From assembly GCA_964634875.1 (NCBI GenBank), contig CAZWKA010000006.1:12173-76172 (forward strand): a stretch of 64,000 bases of DNA, given 5' to 3'. The position numbers and the translations under genes were made by a program. Source of the stretch: an uncultured Gammaproteobacteria bacterium (lineage in GTDB: Bacteria > Patescibacteriota > Patescibacteriia > Magasanikbacterales > GWA2-37-8). Each line of letters opens with the position of its first letter. Within the stretch, counting starts at the first letter, position 1. The notes beneath the pieces were generated by a model. It ran no database searches. It saw nothing but the letters and a program-made list of their open reading frames with translations, and had not been told where the DNA came from. Shown in pieces: positions 1 through 10,762 of this stretch.

Positions 1-76
1 CATCACCACAGGGATATCAGCCGAGGAAATCATCAGACAAGGCAAAGAAGCCGCTGACAAAGCACAGGCCGCCTAA
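1..76 (+). CDS. 3' end of an unidentified gene (…ITTGISAEEIIRQGKEAADKAQAA*)
   Basis: Open frame from the window edge to TAA at 74-76, followed directly by a bidirectional terminator. Confidence 0.45.
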   Translation, partial: ITTGISAEEIIRQGKEAADKAQAA

Positions 77-116
77 AACTAAAAAACAAGCCTCCGACAG
101 GCTTGTTTTTTAGTTT
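77..116. terminator. Bidirectional intrinsic terminator
   Basis: AAAAAACAAGCCT-ccgac-AGGCTTGTTTTTT inverted repeat between convergent genes. Confidence 0.8.
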
Positions 117-121
117 TTCAC

Positions 122-1246
122 CTATTGCCTAACTGGCATTACGATATACAAAAAGCTTTCGTCTTTTTCCGGAAACAACACACAGGGACTGTCGCCATTT
201 ATTACCTTAAGCTGCACAGTATCGCTCGAGATGTTGTTAAGACCGTCTAGGAGGTAGCGGTGGCTTAAAAGCACCGTGCAGTCGTCTCCAGACACCTTCC
301 CTGCCACCTCCGCACTATGTTCGCCTGTCTGGGCGGAAGAAGAGGTAATTTTTACAGTACCCTCACTCGGCTTAAACTCCATAGTCACCGCGTTCACACC
401 GGTGGTTGTGAATAGCCCTGCTGCTTTGACGGCCTTACTAAGCTCAGTAACCCCCACCACACCGACGGTTTTAAATTCTTTAGGGATAATTTGAGTATAA
501 TCAGGATAAGCACCCTCGATCAGACGCGAGGTCATTTGAATATTATTAAAGTGCAGGGCTATTTGGTTGGCTGTTAATAAAAGACGGGCGTTTTCTTCTT
601 CGTCCATCGTATTAAGAGCCGATAAAACGTGAACCATTTCAATAGCCGTACGGCCAGGAATGACTGTCTTGAGGACTTCGTTGCCCTGGAGCAACCGAAT
701 TTTCTTCTCTGCCAATCGATAGCTGTCGGTTGCGGCGAGCACAACCTCACCTTCGTTTGCCACATTACACGAAAAGAACACCCCGGCTAACTCCGGTCGG
801 ATATCGTTTTTTGCAACCGCTGGCAAAACCTGCGACAAGCCACGTTTAAGGTCCTCGGCCTTAATAACAAAGCCTTGTCCGTCTTCAAGACTGGGAACCA
901 CAGGGAACTCGTCGGCTGGCGTACCCTTGATCTTTGTAAATGACTTTCCTGCTGAAATAAGCAGCTCGTTTTCCTGCAGCTCAACATCAACTTTTTCTTC
1001 AGCAATCAGAGTAATAAAATCAACCAGTGTCCGTGCGGGCACCGTGAACTGTCCTGGCGCCTCCACCTTTGCTCGAACGACAATAGTGATGGCGAGATCA
1101 AGGTTGGTGCCGACCACCTCTACCTTTTGAGCATCCGCCTTAAGCAAAATATTATTGAGAATTGGCAGGTTTACATTTTTTCCAGCCAAGCTACTGACCA
1201 GGGAAAGTGCTTGGAGGAAATTTTCTTTAGTACAGGAGAACTTCAT
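122..1246 (-). CDS. dnaN: DNA polymerase III beta sliding clamp
   Basis: 374 aa; NLPILNNILL, ATDSYRLAE, LIEGAYPDY and C-terminal YIVMPVRQ motifs; downstream of dnaA. Confidence 0.98.
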   Translation of the reverse strand: MKFSCTKENFLQALSLVSSLAGKNVNLPILNNILLKADAQKVEVVGTNLDLAITIVVRAKVEAPGQFTVPARTLVDFITLIAEEKVDVELQENELLISAGKSFTKIKGTPADEFPVVPSLEDGQGFVIKAEDLKRGLSQVLPAVAKNDIRPELAGVFFSCNVANEGEVVLAATDSYRLAEKKIRLLQGNEVLKTVIPGRTAIEMVHVLSALNTMDEEENARLLLTANQIALHFNNIQMTSRLIEGAYPDYTQIIPKEFKTVGVVGVTELSKAVKAAGLFTTTGVNAVTMEFKPSEGTVKITSSSAQTGEHSAEVAGKVSGDDCTVLLSHRYLLDGLNNISSDTVQLKVINGDSPCVLFPEKDESFLYIVMPVRQ

Positions 1247-1309
1247 ACACAGGTGTCGCTTATATAATTATTTTAAAAAATATATTTTTAGTATACTAGT
1301 AATAATAAG

Positions 1310-1551
1310 CACGGTGGACAGCGGGGATAAGTCGGAAATTAATCTCTGTTGAGGCAAAAACACCGGTGCATAGTTTCTTCTTGGAAGTGTAAACTTTTGG
1401 CGGTCATGTCGATAACTCTTGAAGGAGAACAAAGGCATGTGGGATAACTTTTTTTTCTGGGGATAGTCTGGTAGGTTTGTCCGCACCCCTAACCTGGGTT
1501 GTACACACGCCGTCCCCAGCTTATCCACTACTTTACTACACGTTATTCACA
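1310..1551. promoter_or_regulatory. DnaA-box cluster between dnaA and dnaN (candidate oriC part)
   Basis: TTATCCACT 1521-1529, TTATTCACA 1543-1551 and several degenerate GGATAA/GGACA boxes; AT-rich tract at 1260-1308. Confidence 0.65.
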
Positions 1552-2933
1552 TACATGCGTTGTTTTAACGACTCAATCTCTTGTTTGAGTTTGAGATCGT
1601 TCTCGAGTTCGTTCTTGATTTTCTCGTGGGCATGCATCGCTGTGGTGTGGTCGCGGTTGCCAAGTCCTTCGCCAATCGCTGGATACGACATCTTGAGCTC
1701 CTCGCGCATGAGGTACATAATAATTTGGCGTGGAAAGGAAATCTTTTTCTCTCGGCTTTTACCGCGGAGGTCTTCGGTAGATATGTTGTAGACCTGGCTG
1801 ACCGTTTCAATCAGCTGGTCGGCGGTAAGCGAGCGGCGGGTAGACCCGGCTTCCAACCCAGATAAAAGCGACTTAATCGTTTCGGGGGTTGGTACCATGT
1901 TTTTGAGTTGATGGAAAACAATGATCTTGTTAAGGGCGCCCTCGAGTTCGCGAATGTTGCTCTGTACGACCGAAGCAATTGTTTGGATGATTTTTTGTTC
2001 TAGTATAAAAGATTTTTCAGCACATTTACGTTCTAAAATGGCTACACGGGTCTCAAAGTCAGGTGCTGAAACATCGGCGATCATTCCCCACTCAAAGCGC
2101 GACTTAAGACGGTCCTCGAGGGCAGGAATCGCTTTTGGCGGGCGGTCCGAGGTAATGACTACCTGTTTGTTTTGTTGGTGAAGCTCGTTAAAGGTATGAA
2201 AGAAAGATTCTTGAGTTCGGTCTTTGCCGGCAATGAACTGAATATCGTCAATGAGGAGCAGGTCGACGTGCCGGTAGCGGTTTTGGAAATCTTTGGCCGC
2301 ACCTTCTTTGATAGAAGAAATAAAGTCGTTAGAAAACTTTTCAGCACTGACGTACAGAATAACAATGCCTGGGTTTTTTTTAGTGAGTTCGTTGCCGATG
2401 GCTTGTAGTAAGTGTGTTTTACCAAGTCCTACTCCGCCGTAGATAAACAAAGGGTTATATGCGACACCAGGACGAGCAGCAACCGCCTGTGCGGCAGCGT
2501 ACGCAAGTTCGCTCCCCCCGCCCACTACAAAGTTATCGAAAGTATATTTAGGGTTGATAATAAACGCACCGCCTGTTTCGTTGTTGCCCTGGCGTTGTGC
2601 GGTTGGAGCTGTAAAAGGTAAGTTGTTAAACTCTGGGGGTTTGGGAACGGATTGAAAAACGACCGGTTGTTCAGTGATGTTTTTGATATTATCAATTTTG
2701 TATTCTAATTTTTTGATCGGCTTTTCTGTGATTCGTTCGAGCGACTTGATGACCGTCTGATGGTATTTTTTTTCAAGCCAGGCTTTGGTAAAGGCGTTTG
2801 GTACGCACAGGAGTACCTGCCCTTCTTGAACCGAGATGATGCCGGTGTTTTTGAACCAGGTAATGAAATTGGCTTTCGAGATGCTCAGTTCAAGCTCGGC
2901 GAGGACGGCCTGCCACAGTTCGCTGTTATTCAT
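1536..2933 (-). CDS. dnaA: Chromosomal replication initiator DnaA
   Basis: YNPLFIYGGVGLGKTHL Walker A, LLIDDIQF, RELEGAL and RDHTT motifs. Confidence 0.99.
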   Translation of the reverse strand: MNNSELWQAVLAELELSISKANFITWFKNTGIISVQEGQVLLCVPNAFTKAWLEKKYHQTVIKSLERITEKPIKKLEYKIDNIKNITEQPVVFQSVPKPPEFNNLPFTAPTAQRQGNNETGGAFIINPKYTFDNFVVGGGSELAYAAAQAVAARPGVAYNPLFIYGGVGLGKTHLLQAIGNELTKKNPGIVILYVSAEKFSNDFISSIKEGAAKDFQNRYRHVDLLLIDDIQFIAGKDRTQESFFHTFNELHQQNKQVVITSDRPPKAIPALEDRLKSRFEWGMIADVSAPDFETRVAILERKCAEKSFILEQKIIQTIASVVQSNIRELEGALNKIIVFHQLKNMVPTPETIKSLLSGLEAGSTRRSLTADQLIETVSQVYNISTEDLRGKSREKKISFPRQIIMYLMREELKMSYPAIGEGLGNRDHTTAMHAHEKIKNELENDLKLKQEIESLKQRMYVNNV

Positions 2934-3009
2934 AAAAAAGACGGTTTTTTAAGTAATTTTACCCATTCTAACACAAGGCTGGTTTTTAGGGAAAGGAAGC
3001 GTTTAAGGG

Positions 3010-3056
3010 GTGGTGGGGACAGACTGTTGATAACCTGTGGATAGATGTGACTAAAC
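3010..3056. promoter_or_regulatory. DnaA boxes upstream of dnaA
   Basis: Tandem TGTTGATAA, TGTGGATAG and TGTGACTAA (1-2 mismatches to TGTGGATAA). Confidence 0.6.
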
Positions 3057-3128
3057 AATGAAACAGGGGGTTGTAAGCAGTTTTGGTGTACCCTTTCTAG
3101 GTATTGTTTCATTGTTTACCTAAAAAGG

Positions 3129-3157
3129 TTGACTAAATCAAAAAAAACTTGTATGCT
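3129..3157 (+). promoter_or_regulatory. Sigma70-type promoter for rpmH
   Basis: TTGACT-17 bp-TATGCT. Confidence 0.6.
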
Positions 3158-3192
3158 AGGGGCGTTGCTTCCAGATTACCTTAATTTAAAAT

Positions 3193-3366
3193 ATGTCAAC
3201 GAAACGAACCTATCAACCAAAAAAGCGCAAACGCGCTAAAACCCACGGCTTCCGTGCCCGTATGGCGACTAAACAAGGCCGTACCGTACTTGCCCGTCGC
3301 CGCGCCCGTGGACGCAAAAAACTTACTGTGTCGGACGAAAAGAAAGGAAAACGCCTCCGCAAATAA
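3193..3366 (+). CDS. rpmH: 50S ribosomal protein L34 (below the ORF-track cutoff)
   Basis: Manual translation [57 protein letters not shown]; divergent from dnaA. Confidence 0.98.
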   Translation: MSTKRTYQPKKRKRAKTHGFRARMATKQGRTVLARRRARGRKKLTVSDEKKGKRLRK

Positions 3367-3429
3367 AAGGCGGCAGGTCTCCAAGGCACAATCCGTCTCT
3401 AAAGACGGATTTTGTGTTATAATCCCCAT

Positions 3430-3846
3430 ATGCTTCCTCTTGAAAACCGTCTCAAAAAAGTTCGCGACTTTAATTTGGTTACTAAATATGGCCGTTGGAT
3501 CAACGGCACATTTTTGGATTTAAAAGTTCTTGACCTGGAAAAAAACAAACAACAGGTGCCGGCCAAGGAAGATCTTGAAAGTTTTAAAAAGCAGCTAAAG
3601 TTAGCCTTTGCGGTGGGGTTAAAAATTTCTAAAAAGGCAGTGGTGCGTAATCGCCTTCGCCGCCAACTGCGCGAAGCTGTACGGCTCGCCTTTAAAGCCA
3701 GCCAGCCCGAACCAGGTTTTTTTGTCTTGGTAGTGGCAAAAAAAGAATCGCTCAACAGGGAGTATGGTGACCTTGAACGCGAAGTGACCGCCCTACTCCG
3801 ACGGGCTGGGCTCTGCAAAATGCCGCCCATGCCAAAGAGTAAATAG
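3430..3846 (+). CDS. rnpA: Ribonuclease P protein component
   Basis: MLPLENRLKK start; KISKKAVVRNRLRRQLRE (RNR motif); follows rpmH. Confidence 0.95.
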   Translation: MLPLENRLKKVRDFNLVTKYGRWINGTFLDLKVLDLEKNKQQVPAKEDLESFKKQLKLAFAVGLKISKKAVVRNRLRRQLREAVRLAFKASQPEPGFFVLVVAKKESLNREYGDLEREVTALLRRAGLCKMPPMPKSK

Positions 3847-3856
3847 CGTTTTTTGT

Positions 3857-4138
3857 ATGGAAGCTCAGCCAAAAAAGACAACTATTTTCCGCCTTGTTTT
3901 TTTAATGCCCCGCTACTGCTTAATGTTTATTATTAAGCTGTACCAACTCACCTTTTCGCCCGATCACGGGCTCTTCAAACATCGTTTTCCGAATGGTTAT
4001 TGCCCTTTTTATCCTTCGTGCAGCTCCTATGCATATCAAACAATCGAAAAAAACGGCGCCATACGAGGCTCGCTCAAGAGTGTGTGGCGTATCGTACGGT
4101 GTCATCCGTGGACCCGGGGCGGAGTTGATATGCCCTAA
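3857..4138 (+). CDS. yidD: Membrane protein insertion efficiency factor YidD
   Basis: CPFYPSCSSYA and RIVRCHPWTRGGVD motifs; synteny. Confidence 0.95.
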   Translation: MEAQPKKTTIFRLVFLMPRYCLMFIIKLYQLTFSPDHGLFKHRFPNGYCPFYPSCSSYAYQTIEKNGAIRGSLKSVWRIVRCHPWTRGGVDMP

Positions 4139-4174
4139 AAAAAGACAGCCCTCCGGCTGTTTTTTTGTTGTAAC

Positions 4175-4399
4175 TTAGTCAAAAATTTCAATTATTTTAT
4201 TTTTACTTTTGTGCCCGCTTTTTATTCTGAGTTTGCTCGTTGGCAATCCCAAGTGTTTGCCAAGAGTTGTGAGAGTTGCTTTGTTCGCCTTGTTCTCGGT
4301 TGGCGTGGCCGTAACCCGGATTGTAAGTGTACCACCTGCTTCCTGCTCGACAACTTCATTTTTGGAGGCGCGCGGCACTACGCGGACACTACGCAGCAT
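4175..4399 (-). CDS. DUF167/YggU family protein
   Basis: VRVVPRASKNEV, ATPTENKAN and IKSGHKSKNKIIEI motifs. Confidence 0.9.
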   Translation of the reverse strand: MLRSVRVVPRASKNEVVEQEAGGTLTIRVTATPTENKANKATLTTLGKHLGLPTSKLRIKSGHKSKNKIIEIFD

Positions 4400-4415
4400 A
4401 CTTTTGTTTTTAAGC

Positions 4416-4604
4416 TTAACGAAGGCTTTTTAAGAGCCTCAAATCTTCTACGATTTTGTCGTGTTCCGTCTCGGCGATGAAGGTTACGCCGGCTAATTTT
4501 TTGTTCGCAAACAAATTTTTAAAACCCTCAAGGCAAATATTAACAGCGTTGAGTGGGGCATTGGGGAGCCCGCCAGCGATCGAGACAGGGGTGCCGAAGA
4601 GCAT
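4416..4604 (-). CDS. Small hypothetical protein
   Basis: 62-aa ORF filling the gap, co-oriented with its neighbours; no recognisable motif. Confidence 0.35.
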   Translation of the reverse strand: MLFGTPVSIAGGLPNAPLNAVNICLEGFKNLFANKKLAGVTFIAETEHDKIVEDLRLLKSLR

Positions 4605-4702
4605 AGGTTTTAATTTAGGGGTAGTGTTAATGATAAATTAACACATGCCGCTTAAAAAAACCAACCTCCAGAAGAAGAGGTTGGGTTTAGATGGAAAAAG
4701 TA

Positions 4703-5983
4703 TTATTTTTTTACCTGTTCTTTTACCCACTGCATCACCTTCTTGTTCTGCAGCGTGGTTGCAATCGTTTGAATGACCTCCTGCCGTTTGAGATTTTCTT
4801 CTACCTGAGGATTGTTTGGGTAAGCGGCGCGGATTGCATCAAGTTCTTTGTTCATTTCGTCAGGTTCAATTTTGATATTATTTTGAAGGGCGATTTGGCG
4901 GGAAATAAGCGCGGCCTTGGCTCGTTTATCGGCTTGGGCAGTAAAGTCAGCCAAGATTTCGGCTTCAGTTTTCTTCATGTCAGCTAAATATTTTTCAACC
5001 GGAATACCCTGTTCCTCTAGGTTGTGTTTGAGTTCATAGAACATTTTGTTCTTTTCCGCGTCAATAAGGACATCGGGGATGACCTCAAAGCTGCTTTTCT
5101 CAATGAGCTGCTCCAAGAGGGCGATCTCAAATCGTTCGTCTTCTTTGCGCTGTCCTTCGCGGGTCAAGTTAGTGGTCAGTAATTCCACCATCTTCTCGAG
5201 GCTCTGTTGGCCCAAGGCTTTGGCAAACTCGTCGTTCAGTTCGGGGTACGAAAGTTCGTAAACCTCGTTTACTTTTACTTTAAAATCAACATCTTTGCCG
5301 GCAAAGTGTTTTTGGTAGTGCTCTTTAGGGAATTTGAGGGTAAATTCTTTGGTATCATCTTTTTTAAGCCCAACTAGTTCTTCGGCAAACCCAGGAATGT
5401 AGTGCGGTTCACTAAGGTACACCTGATGGTTCGGGGCCTGCCCGCCTTCCATTGGGACTTTATCAATAAACATGTCCATGTTCACAACCACCTTGTCGTC
5501 CTTGGTGGCGCTGCCGGCTTTAATTACTTCTTTGCCCTGCATTTTACGCAGGTTTTCCATCGTTTCATCGATCTGCTCTTTGCTAACCGTTACGGGTTTG
5601 CCTTCAACGTTAATAGTTGTAAGGTCGGGTACGGTAACTTTGGGGAGCAAGGCTACTGAGGCTGTAAAAACAAGCTCGTTGCCGGGAGCAAATTTTTGCA
5701 AACTAATTTGAGGCATGCCAATGGTGTCGAGCTTCTCTTCGCTGACCGCCTTGAAAAAATTGCTTTCCACAATGGATTGCATGGCTTCTTCCAGAATGCG
5801 TATTTCGCCCATTTCTTGTTTAACCAGATCGTAAGGGGCTTTGCCTGGCCGGAAACCTTTGATAGCTGCGCGCTCGGACAGACGGACAGCGGCCACCTCC
5901 ATATTTTTTTTGTAATCAGCAGGAGCAACGGTAATGGTGAGTTCAGCGGTTGATTTGTCGGTTTTTTTGAGCGTGTAGGACAT
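4703..5983 (-). CDS. tig: Trigger factor
   Basis: GFRPGKAP ribosome-binding motif and FKBP-like YIPGFAEELVG; promoter TTGACA-17-TAAAGT at 6039-6011. Confidence 0.97.
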   Translation of the reverse strand: MSYTLKKTDKSTAELTITVAPADYKKNMEVAAVRLSERAAIKGFRPGKAPYDLVKQEMGEIRILEEAMQSIVESNFFKAVSEEKLDTIGMPQISLQKFAPGNELVFTASVALLPKVTVPDLTTINVEGKPVTVSKEQIDETMENLRKMQGKEVIKAGSATKDDKVVVNMDMFIDKVPMEGGQAPNHQVYLSEPHYIPGFAEELVGLKKDDTKEFTLKFPKEHYQKHFAGKDVDFKVKVNEVYELSYPELNDEFAKALGQQSLEKMVELLTTNLTREGQRKEDERFEIALLEQLIEKSSFEVIPDVLIDAEKNKMFYELKHNLEEQGIPVEKYLADMKKTEAEILADFTAQADKRAKAALISRQIALQNNIKIEPDEMNKELDAIRAAYPNNPQVEENLKRQEVIQTIATTLQNKKVMQWVKEQVKK

Positions 5984-6122
5984 ACAGGAAATAGTTATTA
6001 AAACAGGCCTACTTTAGCGGAAAACAGCGTAAGTGTCAAATGTGTGGGGAAATAAAAAAACTCGATGTACCATCGAGTTTTTTTAGGGGAGCCGCGCATG
6101 CCTGGACCAAAAAGATGGTCTG

Positions 6123-6401
6123 CTAACCGGCGGCAGACAAAGGGGGTGGGGCAAAAGCAACGCCGTTCGCAATCAGGACAACCTCGGTGTCTTCGCCGTA
6201 GAACTCTTTTTCGACGGCCACGGCGGGAACGTTGAGGAGGAGGGCCAGTGCAGCAAGCTGAGAGCTGGAGATGAGGCTTGGATCTGTGTCTCCACAGAAG
6301 ATCTTGATGCGCTGTTCGTTGGGATCCTCAGAGACAATGCAGCCAGCTGCGAGCCAGGGTAGCAGTCTGCGGATGTCGTGTGCGAAGCTTGGTACTCTCA
6401 T
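6123..6401 (-). CDS. Hypothetical protein (GC-rich, SD-led class)
   Basis: ATG at 6401 preceded by a G-rich SD-like tract (AAAGGGGT…GGTGG); terminator at 6054-6084. Confidence 0.55.
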   Translation of the reverse strand: MRVPSFAHDIRRLLPWLAAGCIVSEDPNEQRIKIFCGDTDPSLISSSQLAALALLLNVPAVAVEKEFYGEDTEVVLIANGVAFAPPPLSAAG

Positions 6402-6573
6402 GTCCACCGTACCCCTTTGTTGTGATATCGCGTATTTAGCCACAAAAAAGGTGGTTTGTCAACCTTTTAGGCTATATTTGTGGCCCTCAAACAGCTTTTG
6501 TAATTATGCGTAGTGTCTAAAAATGAAAGCCCGGGCGCTCGAGGGAGCGCTCCGGGGAAGGGGTTGGTCGTGG

Positions 6574-7155
6574 TTATTGAGCCATGGAGCAGCTGTCGAG
6601 CGTGTGGAAGCTGGTTGCTCCCGGCCCGATTTCGATGAGGATCCGTTGTGTGCTCCGCGAATCCTTCATCCAAACAGTCTGGCTATTGCCGTGAACCATG
6701 ATGGCCGGGTGGCGGCAGGTAAAGAACCCGATCGGCACGTAGTCGTCGATGGGGTGCATGCTGTATTCGCTCTGCGGGCGCGGGGACTCTCCGCACTCAA
6801 CGACAAAAGACTCCTCTCCTGCATGCCGCGTCTGATCCAGGTCATACTGGATTCGCAGCTGGCCGCTGGGGCAGCTGTGCCAGTTGAAGAAGCTGTCGAC
6901 CTGCTTGCTCACGACCACCAGCTGCAGGGCGCCGACGAGCGTCTCGAGAGGGCGGATGGTGGCCGCACCAATGGCCGCTTCGGACGTATCGTGTGGGGCA
7001 AGCGCACGGAGCGTGGGGTGGCCCGGCGTCTCAACGGGTGCAGACACTTCTTCGGTTACCGGGCTCGCAACCTCGGTCTGTGCAGGTGGACGTGCCGGCG
7101 TCGTAGTGGCGCAGGCGGCCAACAAGGCGGAGCAAAGGATCAGACGTGTGTACAT
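6574..7155 (-). CDS. Putative lipoprotein
   Basis: MYTRLILCSALLAA-C lipobox, AGGAGG SD, Pro/Thr linker, 3' GC hairpin at about 6530-6556. Confidence 0.75.
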   Translation of the reverse strand: MYTRLILCSALLAACATTTPARPPAQTEVASPVTEEVSAPVETPGHPTLRALAPHDTSEAAIGAATIRPLETLVGALQLVVVSKQVDSFFNWHSCPSGQLRIQYDLDQTRHAGEESFVVECGESPRPQSEYSMHPIDDYVPIGFFTCRHPAIMVHGNSQTVWMKDSRSTQRILIEIGPGATSFHTLDSCSMAQ

Positions 7156-7271
7156 GACATCCTCCTAATCAGGACATTTGTGGCAGCAACCCTTTCACAA
7201 AAAACGTTTTTTGTCAAGGGTTTTAGCTAAAAAAAGAACGCCGAGAGGCGTTCTTTTGGGTGCGAGGGGTT

Positions 7272-9263
7272 TTATTTTAAGAGCAGTCCGACAATGAGTA
7301 AGGCTACGATATTGGCAACTTTGATCATTGGGTTAATCGACGGGCCAGCTGTATCTTTGTATGGGTCGCCAACCGTGTCACCAGTAACCGCTGCTTGGTG
7401 AGCAAATGAGCCTTTGCCGCCGTAGTTACCTTTTTCAATGAATTTTTTAGCGTTGTCCCAAGCGGCACCTCCGGTAGTCATAGAAATAGCAAGGAAAATA
7501 CCAGTAATAATCGTGCCGACCAGGAGGCCGCCCAGCGCCGGGATGCCCAGAAAAACGCCAACCAAGATTGGGGCAGCGACCGGTAAGAGAGCAGGAAGGA
7601 TCATTTGTTGTAGAGCGCCTTTGGTAACGATGTCAGCGGCGCGGGCGTAATCTGGTTTATTGGTGCCCTCCATAATACCAGGAATTTCTTTGAACTGGCG
7701 GCGGACTTCTTCAACAACCTGGCCAGCAACCTTGCCGACTGATTCCATGAGCATGGAACCGAACAGGTATGGTAACAAGCCGCCGATAAAGAGGCCGACC
7801 AAAACTTTCGGATCATTGATTAAGAAAACTGTTGAAGCGGGAAGTTGGTGGGTAAAGTCAGCGAACAAAACGAGTGATGATAAGCCTGCTGCCGCAATCG
7901 CATAGCCTTTCGTAACGGCTTTGGTGGTGTTGCCAACGGCGTCCAGGGGGTCAGTAACAGCTCGCACGCTTTCTGAAAGTTCGGCCATTTCGGCAATACC
8001 GCCGGCATTGTCGGTGATGGGGCCATAGGCATCAATAGTGACGACGATCCCGGTCATCGAAAGCATGCTGACTGCAGCAATCGCAATTCCAAACAAGCCT
8101 GCCAACCAAAACGAACCGAGCATGGCAGCCAAAATGAGGAGTACGGGGACGGCGGTAGATTTCATGGAAACAGCGAGTCCAGCAATAATGTTCGTGCCAT
8201 GTCCGGTAGTACTTGCTTTAGCAATATGTTGGACTGGTGAGTATTCGGTAGAAGTGTAGTAGTCGGTAACAAATACCATGGCAAGCGTCAGGGCGAGACC
8301 GATAACCGCTGTGCCAAAAAGGTGCATAACCGAGAAGCCCGGTAGTCCGCTCAAGAGCCAGCGAGTGATGGGGTAAAAGGCAACTAAAGAAAGGACGCCT
8401 GCAGCGATGAGGCCTTTGTATAAAGCTCTCATGACATTCTTGTCTTTGCCGAGGCGAATGAAAAACGTGCCAATGATTGAAGCGATAATCGAGGCGCCGC
8501 CCAACATAAGCGGAAACACGACCGCCTTGGTGTTGCCAGGGAACAAAAGGCTGGCGAGGAGCATGGCGGCGATTGTTGTAATGGCATAAGTTTCAAAAAG
8601 ATCGGCAGCCATACCAGCACAGTCGCCAACATTATCACCCACATTATCAGCGATGACGGCTGGGTTACGTGGATCATCTTCGGGAATGCCTTTTTCAACT
8701 TTACCAACCAGATCAGCACCCACATCGGCTGCTTTGGTGAAGATGCCTCCGCCGATACGAGCAAAGACAGAAACCAGGCTGCCGCCAAACCCAAGGCCAA
8801 TGAGCGCTGCAAGGTCGCCGTTCGTAACCAGATAAAAGCCAGCAACCCCCAAGAGACCAAGACCGGCAACCAGGAGGCCGGTAACCGAACCGCCGCGTAC
8901 GGCGAGGTTAAGTGCTTCTTTAAAACCAAGTTTGGCTGCTTCGGCAGTACGGACATTGGCTTTGACCGAAATCATCATCCCAACATAGCCAGCCAAACAA
9001 GAAAAACCAGCCCCTACAATGAAGCCAAAGGCTGTGATCCAGTCTAGTCCGAGGCCGATGACAAGAAAGATGACCGCTGCTACCACCCCGATCGTTTTAT
9101 ATTGTCTGAAGAGATACGCTTTAGCACCGGTTTGGATGGCGCGAGCAATCATTTGCATTCGTTCGTCTCCGGCTGGTTGGCGCAGAACCCAGCGGATTAA
9201 GATAAGACCATAAAGGATGGCCAGAACTGCGGGAACGATTGCTCCCAAAACGATGATGAGCAT
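7272..9263 (-). CDS. hppA: Membrane H+-translocating pyrophosphatase, K+-independent type
   Basis: [27 protein letters not shown] and GDTVGDP motifs; GNTTKA is the K+-independent signature. Confidence 0.97.
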   Translation of the reverse strand: MLIIVLGAIVPAVLAILYGLILIRWVLRQPAGDERMQMIARAIQTGAKAYLFRQYKTIGVVAAVIFLVIGLGLDWITAFGFIVGAGFSCLAGYVGMMISVKANVRTAEAAKLGFKEALNLAVRGGSVTGLLVAGLGLLGVAGFYLVTNGDLAALIGLGFGGSLVSVFARIGGGIFTKAADVGADLVGKVEKGIPEDDPRNPAVIADNVGDNVGDCAGMAADLFETYAITTIAAMLLASLLFPGNTKAVVFPLMLGGASIIASIIGTFFIRLGKDKNVMRALYKGLIAAGVLSLVAFYPITRWLLSGLPGFSVMHLFGTAVIGLALTLAMVFVTDYYTSTEYSPVQHIAKASTTGHGTNIIAGLAVSMKSTAVPVLLILAAMLGSFWLAGLFGIAIAAVSMLSMTGIVVTIDAYGPITDNAGGIAEMAELSESVRAVTDPLDAVGNTTKAVTKGYAIAAAGLSSLVLFADFTHQLPASTVFLINDPKVLVGLFIGGLLPYLFGSMLMESVGKVAGQVVEEVRRQFKEIPGIMEGTNKPDYARAADIVTKGALQQMILPALLPVAAPILVGVFLGIPALGGLLVGTIITGIFLAISMTTGGAAWDNAKKFIEKGNYGGKGSFAHQAAVTGDTVGDPYKDTAGPSINPMIKVANIVALLIVGLLLK

Positions 9264-9346
9264 AAAAACAATGCTTAAATTAAAGGTAAAAATAGATTGA
9301 TTTGCCCCCTATACTATGGTAAACTCTCCAAATAGTCAAGCAAACT

Positions 9347-10666
9347 ATGAAATACGGAGTTTGGTTAAGATTTCTTAAAACCTTGGTTTACGGCAAGCGC
9401 CTGTTCTGGTTCTTTGGAGCTGGAATTTCTTTTGTTTTAGCCAAAACAATCGGTGGTATTGGTCGGACGCTTTTGTTTGTTCGCTACAAATTTTTCTATT
9501 TTCTTAAAAAATCAGGTCTTAATCGCGTTCGGGCACTCCTGCTTACGCGTGGCGTGCTCCAAGTAGTGGGTTTTGCAGGGCTTTTTTTGGTCGGCTTTCC
9601 CCAAAGCAAGTTGTATGCTGAAAAGGATTTGTTCTTGCCGGGCCAAAAGACTATCGCCTATGCCCTTACTGCTCCCCAGGAAATCCGTGGTATCGAGGAA
9701 GAAAACGCCGACGCGATAGTTTTTAATCCGTCTAATAGTTCGTGGCGTGAAGGCGTTATTGATGCCGAGACTTTGCCGAGTTTGGGTGTTAATTTTGTAG
9801 CCAACCAAGATTTTGCTGCTATTATGGCAGGTGGGACGGCACTGAGTAAGCCGTCTATTATGCCCGGTGTTACCCTGGCTGGCAGACGTAACCAGGTTGA
9901 AAACTATGCGGTTGAGCCTGGCGATTCCCTAAGCAGTATTGCGTATGATTTTGGTGTCAGTGTGGCTACGATTCTTTGGCAAAACAACCTGGGGGTTCGC
10001 TCGGTGCTGCGCCCAGGTGATGTGCTCAAAATTCCACCGACCACCGGTGTTATGCACACAGTAAAGCGCGGGGACACGATCAATAAAATCGCACTGCTCT
10101 ATGAAGCTAAAGAAGAGGATGTGGTAGGTTTTAACCGTCTACAAGCGGATGGAAGTGATCTGAAGGCCGGTGAATTAATCATGGTGCCTGACGGTATTAA
10201 GCCTGAAGCTCGTGCGGTCGCTACTGTCCCGCGCACTACAGGCACGATTGCCAAGGTTGCTGCGCCGCCGTCTTCACGTCAAGCGGCCGGTTCTTCGGGG
10301 TATATTTGGCCTTCTGGTGCCCACACAATCACACAGTACTTTGGCTATACGCACCACGCGCTTGATATCGCCGGTCCTTTTGCAACTCCAAACTACGCCG
10401 TGAAGGCGGGTAAAGTTGAAAAATCACAATGCGGCTGGAATAGCGGGTATGGTTGTGTAATTATTATTGACCATGGCGGGGGTGTCAAAACGCTGTATGG
10501 TCATCACTCTAAGCTCCTGGTCAGTGTCGGCGATCGGGTCGACGCCGGTCAAACCATCGGTCTCATGGGAAACACGGGCAATGTCCGTGGTGTTACCGGT
10601 ATCCATCTTCACTTTGAGATCATTATTAACGGTGTCCGGGTAAATCCGCTTGGCTACGTCAGATAG
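9347..10666 (+). CDS. LysM x2 + M23 metallopeptidase, membrane anchored
   Basis: YAVEPGDSLSSIA and HTVKRGDTINKIA LysM repeats; HHALD and HLHFE M23 motifs. Confidence 0.93.
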   Translation: MKYGVWLRFLKTLVYGKRLFWFFGAGISFVLAKTIGGIGRTLLFVRYKFFYFLKKSGLNRVRALLLTRGVLQVVGFAGLFLVGFPQSKLYAEKDLFLPGQKTIAYALTAPQEIRGIEEENADAIVFNPSNSSWREGVIDAETLPSLGVNFVANQDFAAIMAGGTALSKPSIMPGVTLAGRRNQVENYAVEPGDSLSSIAYDFGVSVATILWQNNLGVRSVLRPGDVLKIPPTTGVMHTVKRGDTINKIALLYEAKEEDVVGFNRLQADGSDLKAGELIMVPDGIKPEARAVATVPRTTGTIAKVAAPPSSRQAAGSSGYIWPSGAHTITQYFGYTHHALDIAGPFATPNYAVKAGKVEKSQCGWNSGYGCVIIIDHGGGVKTLYGHHSKLLVSVGDRVDAGQTIGLMGNTGNVRGVTGIHLHFEIIINGVRVNPLGYVR

Positions 10667-10762
10667 CGTAAAGCTAAAAACGAAAAGTGCAAAATAAAAG
10701 AGTCCCGCCGTGCGGGACATCAAAATCTTTAGTTTTGAGTTTTACATTTTAAGCTTCTATCG

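Noticed and set aside
1268-1528. 86-aa ORF between dnaA and dnaN
   Set aside because: Lies over the DnaA-box and AT-rich region and has no protein-like features.
6523-7230. 235-aa plus-strand ORF
   Set aside because: Antisense shadow of the lipobox gene at 6574-7155, which has the SD and signal peptide.
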